Shown piece after piece: positions 1 through 13,311 of a DNA stretch of 64,000 nucleotides; the stretch's first letter is position 1; each line of letters begins with the position of its first letter. The notes under the pieces are model-generated. The model was not told where the DNA came from. It was given only the letters and a program-made list of their open reading frames with translations, and did no database searches. A program made the position numbers and the translations under genes. Origin of the DNA: Eledone cirrhosa (Eukaryota); the NCBI GenBank assembly GCA_964016885.1, contig OZ024750.1, forward strand, positions 53,382,001-53,446,000, in the 5' to 3' direction.

Positions 1-152
1 AGGAAGACGGCAGGGTAATATTAAACTCATTTCATTCTATGTTGTTATGTTGTATATATTATTTCACTTGTATTACTATGGCAATATTTTTCCAACATTT
101 TCAAACTTTATTAGGATGTTATGTGTTACATTAAATGTTGAAATATTCCTAA

Positions 153-685
153 CCCTTTCAATACCATATTTTTTGTGAAACTCACTGTTTATTATATTGT
201 TTTAAATAATCATATTTTTGAAGGAGTACTTGTGTTTTACTATAAGCCTTTTCATTAGCATATTTCTAATGAAATACAGTTTTTTAAATAATTTTGAAAA
301 TCGGCAAGAATTTTGATTGATGTAGCAATATACCTAACTATCTTTGTTAATTCTTCCATCACAATATTTCTGATAAAAAAAAACCGTATGATTTACAAAT
401 AATTTTGAAAATATGCAAGAATTTTGAGGGATTTAGAAATATGTCTAACTTTCTCATTATTAGTCCATATTTCCAGACACTGCCAATTTTCAAAATATGT
501 TAAAACATAATCAGGAATTTGGAGGGATTTAGTAATATAACTTTCTCATTCTTTAGCTGGTGTTTGGAATATAACTTAATGATCTTTCCTTAGAATTACG
601 ATGAAATAATTTTAGATTATACCTTAAAATTAAGTTTTGTATTGTAGAATCAGTGGCAGTTTCACTCAGTTGTGTATCAAAAGGG
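153..685. mobile_element. Degenerate piggyBac-like non-autonomous element (MITE)
   Basis: Left end ctaa|CCCTTTCAATAC and right end GTATCAAAAGGG|ttaa form imperfect TIRs with (T)TAA flanks. Similar ends recur near 29830, 50800, 50942, 52470, 57400 and 58010. Confidence 0.45.
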
Positions 686-1787
686 TTAAGAATTTTTTTC
701 TCTTTTTTTTTTATTATTCTTGTCTCCCCTTTTAAGTGTCTCTTTAATGTTGATAGACACAATGTCGTTTGATCAACTAAAGATCTAACGCGTGAATTAA
801 TGTGTCAGAGGTTGAGTGTTCTAATTACATGTGTATCTATAATGTAATTTCCAATACAAATCACCATACCATAATATCTGACAATGCTGAATGTTTGAAT
901 TACACCTACAATACATTCAATGGACTTCCACATACCTTTTGTCTACTAAATCACTCACAATGCTTGGGTCAACTTGAGGCTATGGTAAAGATACTTGCTG
1001 AAGATACCATGAAGTGGGATCAAACCCTGGACCTCATGAATGTGGACAAAAAAAATATATATATATTTTGATTTAATTTGTTCATAAACACTAGACATAA
1101 ATATGTTTTTAATGTCATTGTAATATTGTAATGCTTAAAAGATTTTTAGTTTGTGCTTTTCATTTACAAAAAATAAAGTTTTAGATTAAGATTAATGATG
1201 TGATTAATAAACCATAAAAAGAGCCAAATATTGTCTCACTTCATCATACTATAATTTCTTCATTCAGTTGTCTGAATGTAATGAAAGAATTTGATATTAC
1301 CATATTCCCAAACATTAGTTGATTAGTTCAGGTGAATCTATGTAATGAAACAACTTGGTATTACCATATTCCCAAACATTAGTTCATTACCATTACCCAC
1401 TTTATACGTTGTTATTTTATATCATGCTATGAAAACATTACAATTTTGATTTTGTTTTATAATTTTCTAAAATAATGTTATTAAAAGTTTGTATTATTTC
1501 TTATTAAAATGGAATAATATTCATTAATTTGGCAGATTAATATTTATTTTAGCCAACTTTATATACTGTATATGTTTTTATATAAGTTTCAGTGGTAGAT
1601 AAGTTACACTGCCCTTTGTGATTATATTTTAGCAAAATGGTTTAATATTTCAAACCCACAGCAATGGTGACACATCCAATTTTAAAAAAAATTTCTAGTC
1701 AAAAAGTTGCAACATGTTTACAAGTATATACAGTATATCTATAGAACTGTGTCCATCTTAATGTTTCTCTCTTTTCCATCTTTGAAG

Positions 1788-1979
1788 GACATGTACATGA
1801 ATATAAACCGCATCTTAAGTGTTGCTCAGCGCCTGTGTGACACTGGTCATTATGGTGCCAATGAAATCCGCCAACAGGCCAGTAAACTGGAGAGGGATTG
1901 GAAGACTTTAGCAGCAGCTGTTGATGATCGTAGCACTGTCCTTAGTATGTCTGTGATTTTTCATAAACGTGCAGAACAG
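1788..1979 (+). CDS. trio: Trio/Kalirin RhoGEF, spectrin-repeat exon (internal, phase 0)
   Basis: Pyrimidine tract + AG acceptor (1786-1787), GT donor at 1980. 64 codons DMYMNINRILSVAQRLCDTGHYGANEIRQQASKLERDWKTLAAAVDDRSTVLSMSVIFHKRAEQ match the Trio/Kalirin spectrin region I recall (NINRIMSVA...GHYA...LEQEWKAFAAALDERS). Confidence 0.92.
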
Positions 1980-2695
1980 GTGAACAAACTAAACCTTTTT
2001 AGATTTTCTTTCATATTTTGATTTTCTGCCCTACCATTTCATTAACATATTCAATCAAATGAAAAACATTATGATATTCAAACATTTTTTTAAATGATCA
2101 AGGTTTTAAAATAAAAATTGACAGTTGTGTATTGCAGAACCAGCGGCTGTTTTATATCAAAATGGTTAATTTTGTTTTATACGTTTTAAAGATCGAATTG
2201 GGAAAATTATACCAAATTATATTTCTGAGAGGATTGAAAGATATGAAATTACATAAAATGAGCCGAGCTTTTCAATATAAACGCTATTTTTCTGACGCCT
2301 GATTGTGTTCTGAAAATGTTCAAAAGCCACTTCACGTTTGTCATGACTAACTTTGAAGACACGGCAATGCATTAAGAATAAGATTTATTTATACAAGGGA
2401 AATAATTCTGTTTGAACGAAAACGTATTTTTTAAAATATATTAATTATTTCCCTTGCAACCTGTTGCGAAATTGATCGAGGCCAAAACATTTGCTTTCAG
2501 ATTTTTCACATTTACCTAATGAAATTAAACATTGATTACATATTTTGAGCGTGTCTGTTTGATTTCATACGGAAGCTAGAACATGGTCTATTTAACGTCT
2601 ATACGTCCTTTCTTAATGTATATTTTTGTAATTGCAGGAGCGCACATGTTTTTATTTTAGCCAAACTTAATTTGTAATATATTCACATTTTCCAG

Positions 2696-2827
2696 TATCT
2701 TGCTCAAGTCCATGAGTGGAGGCTAGCCTGTGAGAGTCCTCAGATTCCATCATCCATTAAAGACCTAGAGGAAGCCTTACAACAACACCAGACCTTAATT
2801 GAAACTATCAGTCAAGCCTATGCTGAG
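2696..2827 (+). CDS. trio: Trio/Kalirin spectrin-repeat exon (phase 0)
   Basis: ttttccag acceptor, gtgagt donor. 44 codons YLAQVHEWRLACESPQIPSSIKDLEEALQQHQTLIETISQAYAE continue the preceding exon in frame. Not in the ORF track. Confidence 0.9.
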
Positions 2828-3335
2828 GTGAGTACTAGAAACTTCCATTAGTCTCTCTACACTCATCATCATAAGCACCATCATTTAACATCTGTCTTCC
2901 TTTGCTAGCAACATACTGGTCAGTAGTCAGAGCCTCTGAGCTCCAGGTGGCTTGACCTCCCGACATACGATCCCACACTTTACAAACTATCTTTTATCAT
3001 GGTAAATTTTCAACAACTGGATACCTTTCCTATTACCACCCACTTTACAGTGTGCTTGGTGCATTTATGTAAATCACCAATACTGCCCTTTAAAGATTCT
3101 GGTTGCTCATTTGAACCTTTTTTTTTTGTGAATTAGTTATTGGTGGAATCTGTCTAGCACACTTATTCAGACAATAAGAGGTGTGTGTTTGATTCCCAGG
3201 TATGCTGATGCCCATTTTTTCTGGTATGGGTTTCATATGCTCTGTTAATACAATATTTTCTGTAGTCAAAATAGTGAAAACTTCTCAATCTATTTTCAAC
3301 ACACACACACGCACACGCACACACACATATACATA

Positions 3336-3890
3336 TGGTGGCTGCCAACTCGTTTTCGAGTACGGCCACTACTTTATATCCATGTAAGAGAACCCCTACC
3401 GATGCGCTGAATGAGTGGGGCTTTTTAGTCCAGCCAGCGACTTGAAAACTCTGGTACAAACACTACACTTGTGACAATTATTGACACCTAGTGCCGGGCC
3501 CATGGTACCATGTGACCCAAGGTGTCGTCTGAGATCACTACTCGACCTGCATACCCTTCCACAAACATTACATGTCGTCGTCTCATGATCACTTATAGCC
3601 CCACAGGTGCCTGCTTCCCTGTTCTTGTGCACTCTCAGCTGACTCTTTAGACCTGCCATGCTCAGACAAACCCCATTACAGGTCTCACATGTCAGGTCAG
3701 GCCGTCTGTCAGTGCCTTCGGGAAGGCCAACATGGATTACTTTCCGGACATCTCTTTTTAGTGTCGCGTGCCTTCTTCTTGTTTCCTCAAATAGACTCTT
3801 GCCACCAGCCACTGCCTTCCTCCAATGCGATCGCATGGAGGAAGTGCTCACAAGGGATGTTACTTTTCTTGAGTGCCCCCTTGATGCAGT
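3336..3890 (-). mobile_element. 3' fragment of RTE-clade LINE with three C-terminal C2H2-like zinc fingers
   Basis: ORF 3396-3893 has the RTE-type C-terminus (RSHWRKAVAGGKSLFEETRRRHATLKRDVRK) followed by CETC..LRVH, CNVC..HLGSH and CSVC..THSAH. Its 3' end is shared with the elements at 40179-40586 and 43004-43411. Confidence 0.7.
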
Positions 3891-4189
3891 CATTTATCTT
3901 TACATACATACATGCATGCATGCATGCATTCATTCATTCATTCATTCATGCATGCATGCACAGCCTGACCTGACATGTGAGACCTGTAATGGGGTTTGTC
4001 TGAGCATGGCATACATACATGCATACATACATGCATGAATGCTTGACACCTAATCATGAGCAGCACAGACGTGGCTTTTTCATCCTCTTAGGGATCTTGC
4101 ACAGACGCTGCAATAATGGAGGCCTCTCACAGTAGATATTATGATCTTGTTTTGGTGCACTTTCAAATGACGTTTCAGTCCACCAACTG

Positions 4190-4600
4190 AGGCACACTCT
4201 TTTCCACACTCTCCACAAACAGAAATGCCACACAAGTGTCCTTGTGTACGTGGCTTCTCAAATGACTTCTAAGGCCCACTCTACTTAGACAAACCTGTAT
4301 GCCAAGATACTTCGACAACTCAAGGCCTTTACAAGTATGCCACTTGAGCTGTTTGTGCTCAATACAGTTTCTTTCAAATTTTCCCTTCCCACCATGCACT
4401 GCCTTGAAAGTCTATCTAGAGCAAGATTCTCCCAGCCATTCTGATATTTTGATCTTCCTCAGTGGGCTTTTAATGCAATCCTTATACCTCAGTTTTGGTT
4501 TATGTGCCAGTCATTTACCTTTGACCAGCTCACGATACAGGAACTGCCTAGGGATGCGATCATCATCCATTCTCACTACATGACCACTCCATCTTAATCA
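4190..4600 (-). mobile_element. Degraded RTE-clade LINE 3' fragment
   Basis: Minus strand reads LRWSGHVVRMDDDRIPRQFLYRELVKG and later VCLSRVGLRSHLRSH, both typical RTE C-terminal motifs. Contains stops/frameshifts. Confidence 0.7.
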
Positions 4601-6209
4601 ATGTGGAAATATGAGAGACTCTATACTGTGTGTATGTACACACACACATATCAAAAGGTCTCTAATTGTTAAAAAAGACAATGAGAAGATAAAATATCAA
4701 CTCAAAGAAGTAATTAATAATATTAAAGTTAAGCCAAAATCTCAGTTTGGGGGACATAAGCAAACTAAAGTTAGTTTTACTCCTAATTTGATCCCTAACC
4801 ACTGTTTCTGGAATTAAGAAACAGCATTATTTTAGTACAGTAAAACAACCAATGTCATTATGGTAAGGGGTTGCTGAGTGCCATATTTTTGAAGATTTTA
4901 AGCTAAAAGTGTAAACATCTGGTTGATTTAAGAAACATTGGGAAAATTTGAAATGTAGTTGTCCCAAGGTATAGTTATAGTTGATAAGAGAGAAAATGAG
5001 GGAAAGTACCCCTGGAGATGGAAGAAAATTGACAGGGGCACCTGTGAGGTATCACATGCTGTCATTTATTGAATTGGACAAAATTTAAATCCTGTCACAG
5101 CCAACTTTGCCTTTCATCCTTTTGTGTTTAGTAAGAATGGTCTAGCATCATACAAGATGCCTTATATTTCTACTCTGTGTTCCAAGTTCAAATCCTGCTG
5201 TCACAACATTTTGTAAAATGATTACCCCAATCAGCAGCACCTGAGGGTTGACTTTGTGATAGACTGGTGTCCTGTTGAGGGAGAAGTCTTCTACTCTGCC
5301 ACTTAATGCCTTATGAAAAATATGTTTCGGATTAAAACATTAAAAATAGTTTCTATAGTTGGACATCTTTCCTACTGTTACATGTAGAAGGGACTAATCA
5401 GACATGCAGAGTTATCTCCCTTGCTCTAAGGCTTAATACAAGAGTTGTAAGATTGAAGTACCTGACCATAGTATTACAATTGTTTTTATTTAAAATAAAA
5501 AAAGAAGAAAAATGTTGAGATTAATTACTGAGATACCATCGGCACGTAAAGAATAGTTAAGTTTAGTGTTGACATATTTAATGTTGTATGTATTGAATAT
5601 TAGGAAAAAGACACCAGTACGTTACTTAAAGGAAAAAGATATAAAGGCTGGTGCGAGGAAGAATTTCTTGTCATAGAATTCTGCTTTAACGCTTTCCATA
5701 TTTCTAATGGCATATAATACCTATGGTTTTCAAATCATTTCGGAAATAAGAATTGCATAACATTCTCATAGAAGATTTTTATTTAAATATAAACAGCTTT
5801 GTATCAAATTAACGAGGAGCAGTTTCCGTTTGACATCAAATGCTTTAAACTGGTGTTTGGAAAATAAAATTATGATGGAAGGTTTTGAGATAAATATTAA
5901 CATTTTAAAATAAGCAACTTTATATTAGAGAAACCAGGGACAGTCAGTTTCACATCAAATGGATTAGACTGGGGTTTAGAACATAACTTAATAAAGGTTC
6001 TTACTTAAACTTATGATGCAAGGTTTTTTAGATAAATATAAACACTATAATATCCACAACTGTATATTATAGAATCTGGAGGAGTTTGAAACAGTTTTTT
6101 TCCTATTGAAAGTGATTAAAAAGAAAAGATCTACATTGAACAGAACATGGAAACAAACCAATATCACAAGGATATTGATGTTAAAACTGTTTTGTTTCTT
6201 CTGTTGCAG

Positions 6210-6338
6210 GTATGTGCTGATGGCAAGGCATTATTGGATACCCTTCAAACGCCAGTTACTTCAAGTAGTAACAATTCTATTACAGCAAAAGCTGATTATT
6301 CAGAAGCAGCAGGACATGTCCTGGATGTTATTCATGAT
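6210..6338 (+). CDS. trio: Trio/Kalirin spectrin-repeat exon (phase 0)
   Basis: ctgttgcag acceptor, gtaagt donor. 43 codons VCADGKALLDTLQTPVTSSSNNSITAKADYSEAAGHVLDVIHD (cf. Trio VSQDGKSLLDKLQRP...NYSKAVHHVLDVIHE). Confidence 0.93.
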
Positions 6339-7320
6339 GTAAGTATTAGATACACACACACATATATACATACATACACATAAACACACACACACACACA
6401 CATGAATTTATACATGCATATATATATTTATACATACATACACATATTTATGCATACATACATATATTTATACATGCATACGTATATATGTGTATTATTA
6501 GTGGCACTGATATACGATCACAGTTCAAAATATTTGCGGCAAGACTTATATATATATATGTACATTTGAAGTAGAGATGTTATGAAAACACATACAATAT
6601 GTTGATGCATAGTGTGTGTGTGTGTTACCAGTTGCAGTAACATGGTTTATCATAGAGGTGTATGTGACAGTATATATGATATAATAAACACATATAACTC
6701 ATAACTCACTCTATGAATGTTCTAGTCTGTGTTTGTGTCACAGCTCAGTAGCTGAGTGAAAGTGACATATGTTTATATTGTGTATGTCACCATCCCTTTA
6801 TTATTCTGCTCCCTGGTCTAAATATTTCACCACCACTCACATGTTTTCCCTGTTAGCAAGGGTTGGATAGATTTTCACAGACGAAGTCAATACTTAATTG
6901 AAACTACTCACCTGTGTGAGACTCACACCTCACATATGTTCCCACAACCTAGAGTGTACACTGGATATACTTTATCATAATACCAGCATTAAGGCGGTTG
7001 CCATGTCTTTGGGACAACTGGTGAAGCCCCCTGACCCTGTTAGGGCGGTACAGCTGGAAGACCTTCCTATCACAAAAGACTTTACAGAGTGTACTGGGTG
7101 CATTATGATGTAGATTAACAACTTTAGAGATGTTCTGCCCTTGAAACAAACGGTTTTCTCAACCTTTTTTACCATCTGTAAATAATGTATCGCCTGTCTA
7201 AACACGCACACGCACACACACCACACCACACCACACATCTCAATACATATATACACCTGTCTCAATACATATATACACCTGTCTAAATCTATATATACCT
7301 GTGTTTATTCTGCTGTCCAG

Positions 7321-7422
7321 GTTCTAGCTCATCAACGTCATTTAGAACATCTGTGGCATAACAAGAAAGTGAAGTTACACCAGAGGTTAGGGCTACGCTT
7401 GTTTCAGCAAGATGTCAAACAG
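7321..7422 (+). CDS. trio: Trio/Kalirin spectrin-repeat exon (phase 0)
   Basis: ctgtccag acceptor, gtaaag donor. 34 codons VLAHQRHLEHLWHNKKVKLHQRLGLRLFQQDVKQ. Confidence 0.93.
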
Positions 7423-7885
7423 GTAAAGTTATTGGTTTTATTGTAGCTACATTTTTTCTTGAAAGTGAGAGGTGGGGAGAGTTGGAGAGATAGAGGAAGG
7501 AAATATAGAAGGTGATAGGGGGAAATATAGAGGAAGAGAGAGAGAGATTGAAGTAAAGAAGTAGGAGGAAACATAAGGGGAATAGAGACAGAGATAATTG
7601 CTATTTTGTTGAACTTTTATATGATTTCTCCCCAAAATTATGGACAGCACAATAAAGAAATAAAATAAAATAAAAATAACACTAATAAAAATTCATATGA
7701 TAAATTTTTATTAAATTTTCTTAATCAAGGCTTCATCTTAGAAAGATCCAGTTGAAGAAATACTGGACTATAAACAGGTCTTGATATTTTTGTGACAATG
7801 TTAGGAAAATACTTTACAATTGAAATAGAAAATTTAAAAACTAAAATTGTGATGTTATAAAAATATATTTATTGTGAAAATGAAG

Positions 7886-9344
7886 CATCTTGTGCAATGC
7901 ACCAGTCTATCCAGGAATATTAGCTCACATCTTGTGCAATGCACCAGTCTATCCAGGAATATTAGCTCACATCTTGTGCAATGCACCAGTCTATCCAGGA
8001 ATATTAGCTTGCATATTGTGCAATGCACCAGTCTATCCAGGAATATTAGCTCACATCTTGTGCAATGCAGCAGTCTATCCAGGAATATTAGCTCACATCT
8101 TGTGCAATGCACCAGTCTATCCAGGAATATTAGCTCACATCTTGTGCAATGCACCAGTCTATCCAGGAATATTAGCTTGCATATTGTGCAATGCACCAGT
8201 CTATCCAGGAATATTAGCTCACATCTTGTGCAATGCAGCAGTCTATCCAGGAATATTAGCTCACATCTTGTGCAATGCACCAGTCTATCCAGGAATATTA
8301 GCTCATATCTTGTGCAATGCAGCAGTCTATCCAGGAATATTAGCTCACATCTTGTGCAATGCACCAGTCTATCCAGGAATATTAGCTCACATCTTGTGCA
8401 ATGCAGCAGTCTATCCAGGAATATTAGCTCGCATATTGTGCAATGCACCAGTCTATCAAGGAATATTAGCTCGCATCTTGTGCAATGCAGCAGTCTATCA
8501 AGGAATATTAGCTCACATCTTGTGCAATGCACCAGTCTATCCAGGAATATTAGCTCACATCTTGTGTAATGCACCAGTCTATCCAGGAATATTAGCTCAC
8601 ATCTTGTGCAATGCACCAGTCTATCCAGGAATATTAGCTCACATCTTGTGCAATGCACCAGTCTATCAAGGAATATTAGCTCGCATATTGTGCAATGCAC
8701 CAGTCTATCAAGGAATATTAGCTCACATCTTGTGCAATGCAGCAGTCTATCCAGGAATATTAGCTCACATCTTGTGCAATGCACCAGTCTATCAAGGAAT
8801 ATTAGCTCACATCTTCTGCAATGCACCAGTCTATCCAGGAATATTAGCTCATCTTGTGTAATGCACCAGTCTATCCAGGAATATTAGCTCACATCTTGTG
8901 CAATGCACCAGTCTATCAAGGAATATTAGCTCACATCTTGTGCAATGCAGCAGTCTATCCAGGAATATTAGCTCGCATATTGTGCAATGCACCAGTCTAT
9001 CCAGGAATATTAGCTCACATCTTGTGCAATGCAGCAGTCTATCCAGGAATATTAGCTCACATCTTGTGCAATGCAGCACTCTATCCAGGAATATTAGCTC
9101 ACATCTTGTGCAATGCACCAGTCTATCCAGGAATATTAGCTCGCATATTGTGCAATGCAGCACTCTATCCAGGAATATTAGCTCACATCTTGTGCAATGC
9201 ACCAGTCTATCCAGGAATATTAGCTCACATCTTGTGCAATGCAGCAGTCTATCCAGGAATATTAGCTCACATCTTGTGTAATGCACCAGTCCATCTAGGA
9301 ATATTAGCTCACATCTTGTGCAATGCAGCACTCCATCTAGGAAT
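7886..9344. repeat. 42-bp minisatellite, array 1 (~35 units)
   Basis: Unit catcttgtgcaatgcaccagtctatccaggaatattagctca repeated with few variants. Lies inside an antisense tRNA-SINE-like sequence. Confidence 0.97.
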
Positions 9345-9743
9345 CAAACCCACAACGTTATGGTTGTAAGTTCAACACTTTAAACACAGGCCATGTACCT
9401 TAACAAACCATTCACCTGCTTTCCTGGTTAGTATTGTAGTAGATTATAAAAGAAATAAGAACAATAGTCCCTGTTCCCAGTAATTACATCAATTTGTCAA
9501 TACCTTTGTGACAATATTTCTAAGGAAATAAACTTTATTTCAATTTATTAATTTTGTGGATCTACTAAAATTATTAATTATTTCAATTTACTAAACTTAT
9601 TAATAATTGTTCTTATATAAAATATAAAATTGTTAGATTTTAATCTAAATAGGAACCCTATAAAAATGGGTGGTTTTGTTTTATAGAACTTGTTTTAGTT
9701 GGGTCAACATTTTGCTTAATGTTCTATTTATGTTTTTGTTTAG

Positions 9744-9866
9744 GTGATTGATTGGCTTGATAACCATGGTGATGTTTTCCTGAAAAAAAATACATCAATA
9801 GGAAAAACTTTGCAAAGGGCTAAAGCTTTACAAAAGAGCCACGAGCATTTTGAATCTGTTGGACAA
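9744..9866 (+). CDS. trio: Trio/Kalirin spectrin-repeat exon (phase 0); last exon recognisable in the window
   Basis: tttttgtttag acceptor, gtaagt donor. 41 codons VIDWLDNHGDVFLKKNTSIGKTLQRAKALQKSHEHFESVGQ (cf. Trio VLDWIENHGEAFLSKHTGVGKSLHRARALQKRHEDFEEVAQ). Confidence 0.93.
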
Positions 9867-10274
9867 GTAAGTTTGAACTTTTGTTGACATATCCCTTCCA
9901 CACACAGACATAGACAAAAAGAATTAACCGGTTAAGGAAGAACACATTGATCATTCATTTTGTTTTTGAACCATTTTGTATTTACATCTGAAAAGAGGGT
10001 TTAGCCCTGAAATATAGGGGGTAAAAACATCACTTTCATTAAAAAATGTGTATAAAAAAGGAAGAAAGTTACCAATAATTACTAATTATTGTTAATTAAT
10101 AAGATTGTTTTCATGAGTTGTACTTGTTTGGCATGTGATGTGATTTGAGTTTGTGTTGAAATTAAAGCAATTACACCACAGAAGAGCCATTTTAGTAATT
10201 AAAAAAAAACATACAGTAACTGTTAATTTCACTTTACATTCATAGTCTATTTCTTTGTGTGAACATTTTTGTTG

Positions 10275-12283
10275 CAATGACACAGTTCCACTGTAACAGT
10301 GGTCAATGACACAGTTCCACTGTAACAGTGGTCAATGACACAGTTCCATTGTAACAGTGGTCAATGACACAGTTCCACTGTAACAGTGGTCAATGACAGT
10401 TCAATTGTAACAGTGGTCAATGACAGTTCCATTGTAACAGTGGTCAATGACACAGTTCCACTGTAACAGTGGTCAATGACAGTTCAATTGTAACAGTGGT
10501 CAATGACACAGTTCCACTGTAACAGTGGTCAATGACAGTTCAATTGTAACTGGTCAATGACACAGTTCCATTGTAACAGTGGTCAATGACAGTTCAATTG
10601 TAACAGTGGTCAATGACAGTTCAATTGTATCTGTGGTCAATGACACAGTTCCACTGTAACCGTGGTCAATGACACAGTTCCATTGTAACACTGGTCAATG
10701 ACACAGTTCCACTGTAACAGTGGTCAATGACAGTTCAATTGTAACAGTGGCCAATGACACAGTTCCACTGTAACACTGGTCAATGACACAGTTCCACTGT
10801 AACAGTGGTCAATGACAGTTCAATTGTAACAGTGGTCAATGACACAGTTCCACTGTAACAGTGGTCTATGACACAGTTCCACTGTAACAGTGGTCTATGA
10901 CACAGTTCCACTGTAACAGTGGTCAATGACACAGTTCCATTAACTGGTCAATGACACAGTTCCACTGTAACAGTAGTCAATGACACAGTTCCATTGTAAC
11001 AGTGGTCAATGACAGTTCCACTGTAACAGTAGTCAATGACACAGTTCCACTAACAGTGGTCAATGACACAGTTCCATTGTAACAGTGGTCAATGACACAA
11101 TTCCATTGTAACAGTGGTCAATGACACAGTTCCACTGTAACAGTGGTCTATGACACAGTTCCATTGTAACAGTGGTCAATGACACAGTTCCACTGTAACT
11201 GGTCAATGACACAGTTCCACTGAAACAGTGGTCAATGACAGTTCCATTGTAACAGTGGTCTATGACACAGTTCCACTAACAGTGGTCAATGTCACAGTTC
11301 CACTGTAACTGGTCAATGACACAGTTCCATTGTAACAGTGGTCAATGACAGTTCAATTGTAACAGTGGTCAATGACAGTTCAATTGTATCTGTGGTCAAT
11401 GACACAGTTCCACTGTAACCGTGGTCAATGACACAGTTCCATTGTAACACTGGTCAATGACACAGTTCCACTGTAACAGTGGTCAATGACAGTTCAATTG
11501 TAACAGTGGCCAATGACACAGTTCCACTGTAACACTGGTCAATGACACAGTTCCACTGTAACAGTGGTCAATGACAGTTCAATTGTAACAGTGGTCAATG
11601 ACACAGTTCCACTGTAACAGTGGTCTATGACACAGTTCCACTGTAACAGTGGTCTATGACACAGTTCCACTGTAACAGTGGTCAATGACACAGTTCCATT
11701 AACTGGTCAATGACACAGTTCCACTGTAACAGTAGTCAATGACACAGTTCCATTGTAACAGTGGTCAATGACAGTTCCACTGTAACAGTAGTCAATGACA
11801 CAGTTCCACTAACAGTGGTCAATGACACAGTTCCATTGTAACAGTGGTCAATGACACAATTCCATTGTAACAGTGGTCAATGACACAGTTCCACTGTAAC
11901 AGTGGTCTATGACACAGTTCCATTGTAACAGTGGTCAATGACACAGTTCCACTGTAACTGGTCAATGACACAGTTCCACTGAAACAGTGGTCAATGACAG
12001 TTCCATTGTAACAGTGGTCTATGACACAGTTCCACTAACAGTGGTCAATGTCACAGTTCCACTGTAACTGGTCAATGACACAGTTCCACTGTAACAGTGG
12101 TCTATGACACAGTTCCACTAACTGGTCAATGACACAGTTACACTGTAACAGTGGTCTATGACACAGTTCCACTAACTGGTCAATGACTCAGTTCCATTGT
12201 AACAGTGGTCAATGACACAGTTCCACTGTAACAGTGGTCAATGACACAGTTCCACTCAAACAGTGGAACTGTGTCATTGACCA
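10275..12283. repeat. 29-bp (25-29) palindrome-containing minisatellite, ~70 units, ending in a fold-back
   Basis: Unit caatgacacagttccactgtaacagtggt contains the palindrome ccactgt-a-acagtgg. An inverted terminal unit lies at 12262-12283. Confidence 0.96.
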
Positions 12284-13096
12284 GGCCACAAGTGTGTAAT
12301 GAAAATGTTGTACTCTAGAAAATAAATGATAAAATGTTATTTGAATTTAACAGTTTCTTTTGTCTTGTTTCTTCTTTTGATGAATAAATTGACTCTACAG
12401 TGTTTTAGGTTGATTATTCTTATATATGAGCTGTTGAGTTGGCACTTGTGTTGGATAGAATGCTTCACAGTATTCATGTTAGCTCTCTACACTCTCACTT
12501 CAAATCCTACTGAAGTCAAATTTTATCTTTCATTATTTCAAAATCAGTCATTCTTCTCTTTCTTTATCCTTCTCTTTTTCTGGAAGTAATTAACTGTACT
12601 CTGTAGACTAAGTAGAGGGATATGTTTGCCAGGTTTAATATGTCCAAGATACATGTGAATTATGATGATTCCCCTCCTCCATCCATGGATGATATCATCT
12701 ATTCAACATCTACATACCACTACAGGACACCGTATATATTTAACATTAATTAGCTTAGTAAATAGTGGTTAGCGAATTGGATATGTAATCATGAGGTTGG
12801 AAGTTCAAACCAGACGATGCGTGGTGTCTTTGAGCAAGACATTCTCTTTCATGGTGCTCCTTCTACCAGCAATGGAAACATTGTTTCCTTGGTTTGATTT
12901 GATGAGCTCTATCTCACCCTGCATGGTAAGTGAAGGAGGTTTGGGATCTTGTCATTTATTACATGCTAAAATACTCAATGAGCAGTTTCAAATTCAGTCT
13001 TCATTTCACATGTGGCCCGAGCTGATTACCAACCTAGCATGGGCCTGCATACCTGTCATTGCTATAGGGAGTAGCAATATTATTACCCTTAGGTTT

Positions 13097-13311
13097 GGCA
13101 CAAGGCCAGCAATTATCCCAGTGTATTACTGGTACTTTATTTTATCGACCCCGTAAGGATGAAAGGCAAAGTTAACCTTGGCGGGATTTGGTCTGAGTTC
13201 AAATCCCGCCGAGGTTAGCTTTGCCTTTCATCCTTACGGGGTCGATAAAATAAAGTACCAGTAATACACTGGGGTTATTGCTGGCCTTGTGCCCAAAGTA
13301 GAAACAATTAT
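13097..13311. mobile_element. tRNA-derived SINE 3' part preceded by its own inverted copy (hairpin)
   Basis: 13097-13190 is the near-perfect reverse complement of 13200-13293. Flanked by the direct repeat ttattaccct(t/a)aggt. Confidence 0.85.
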
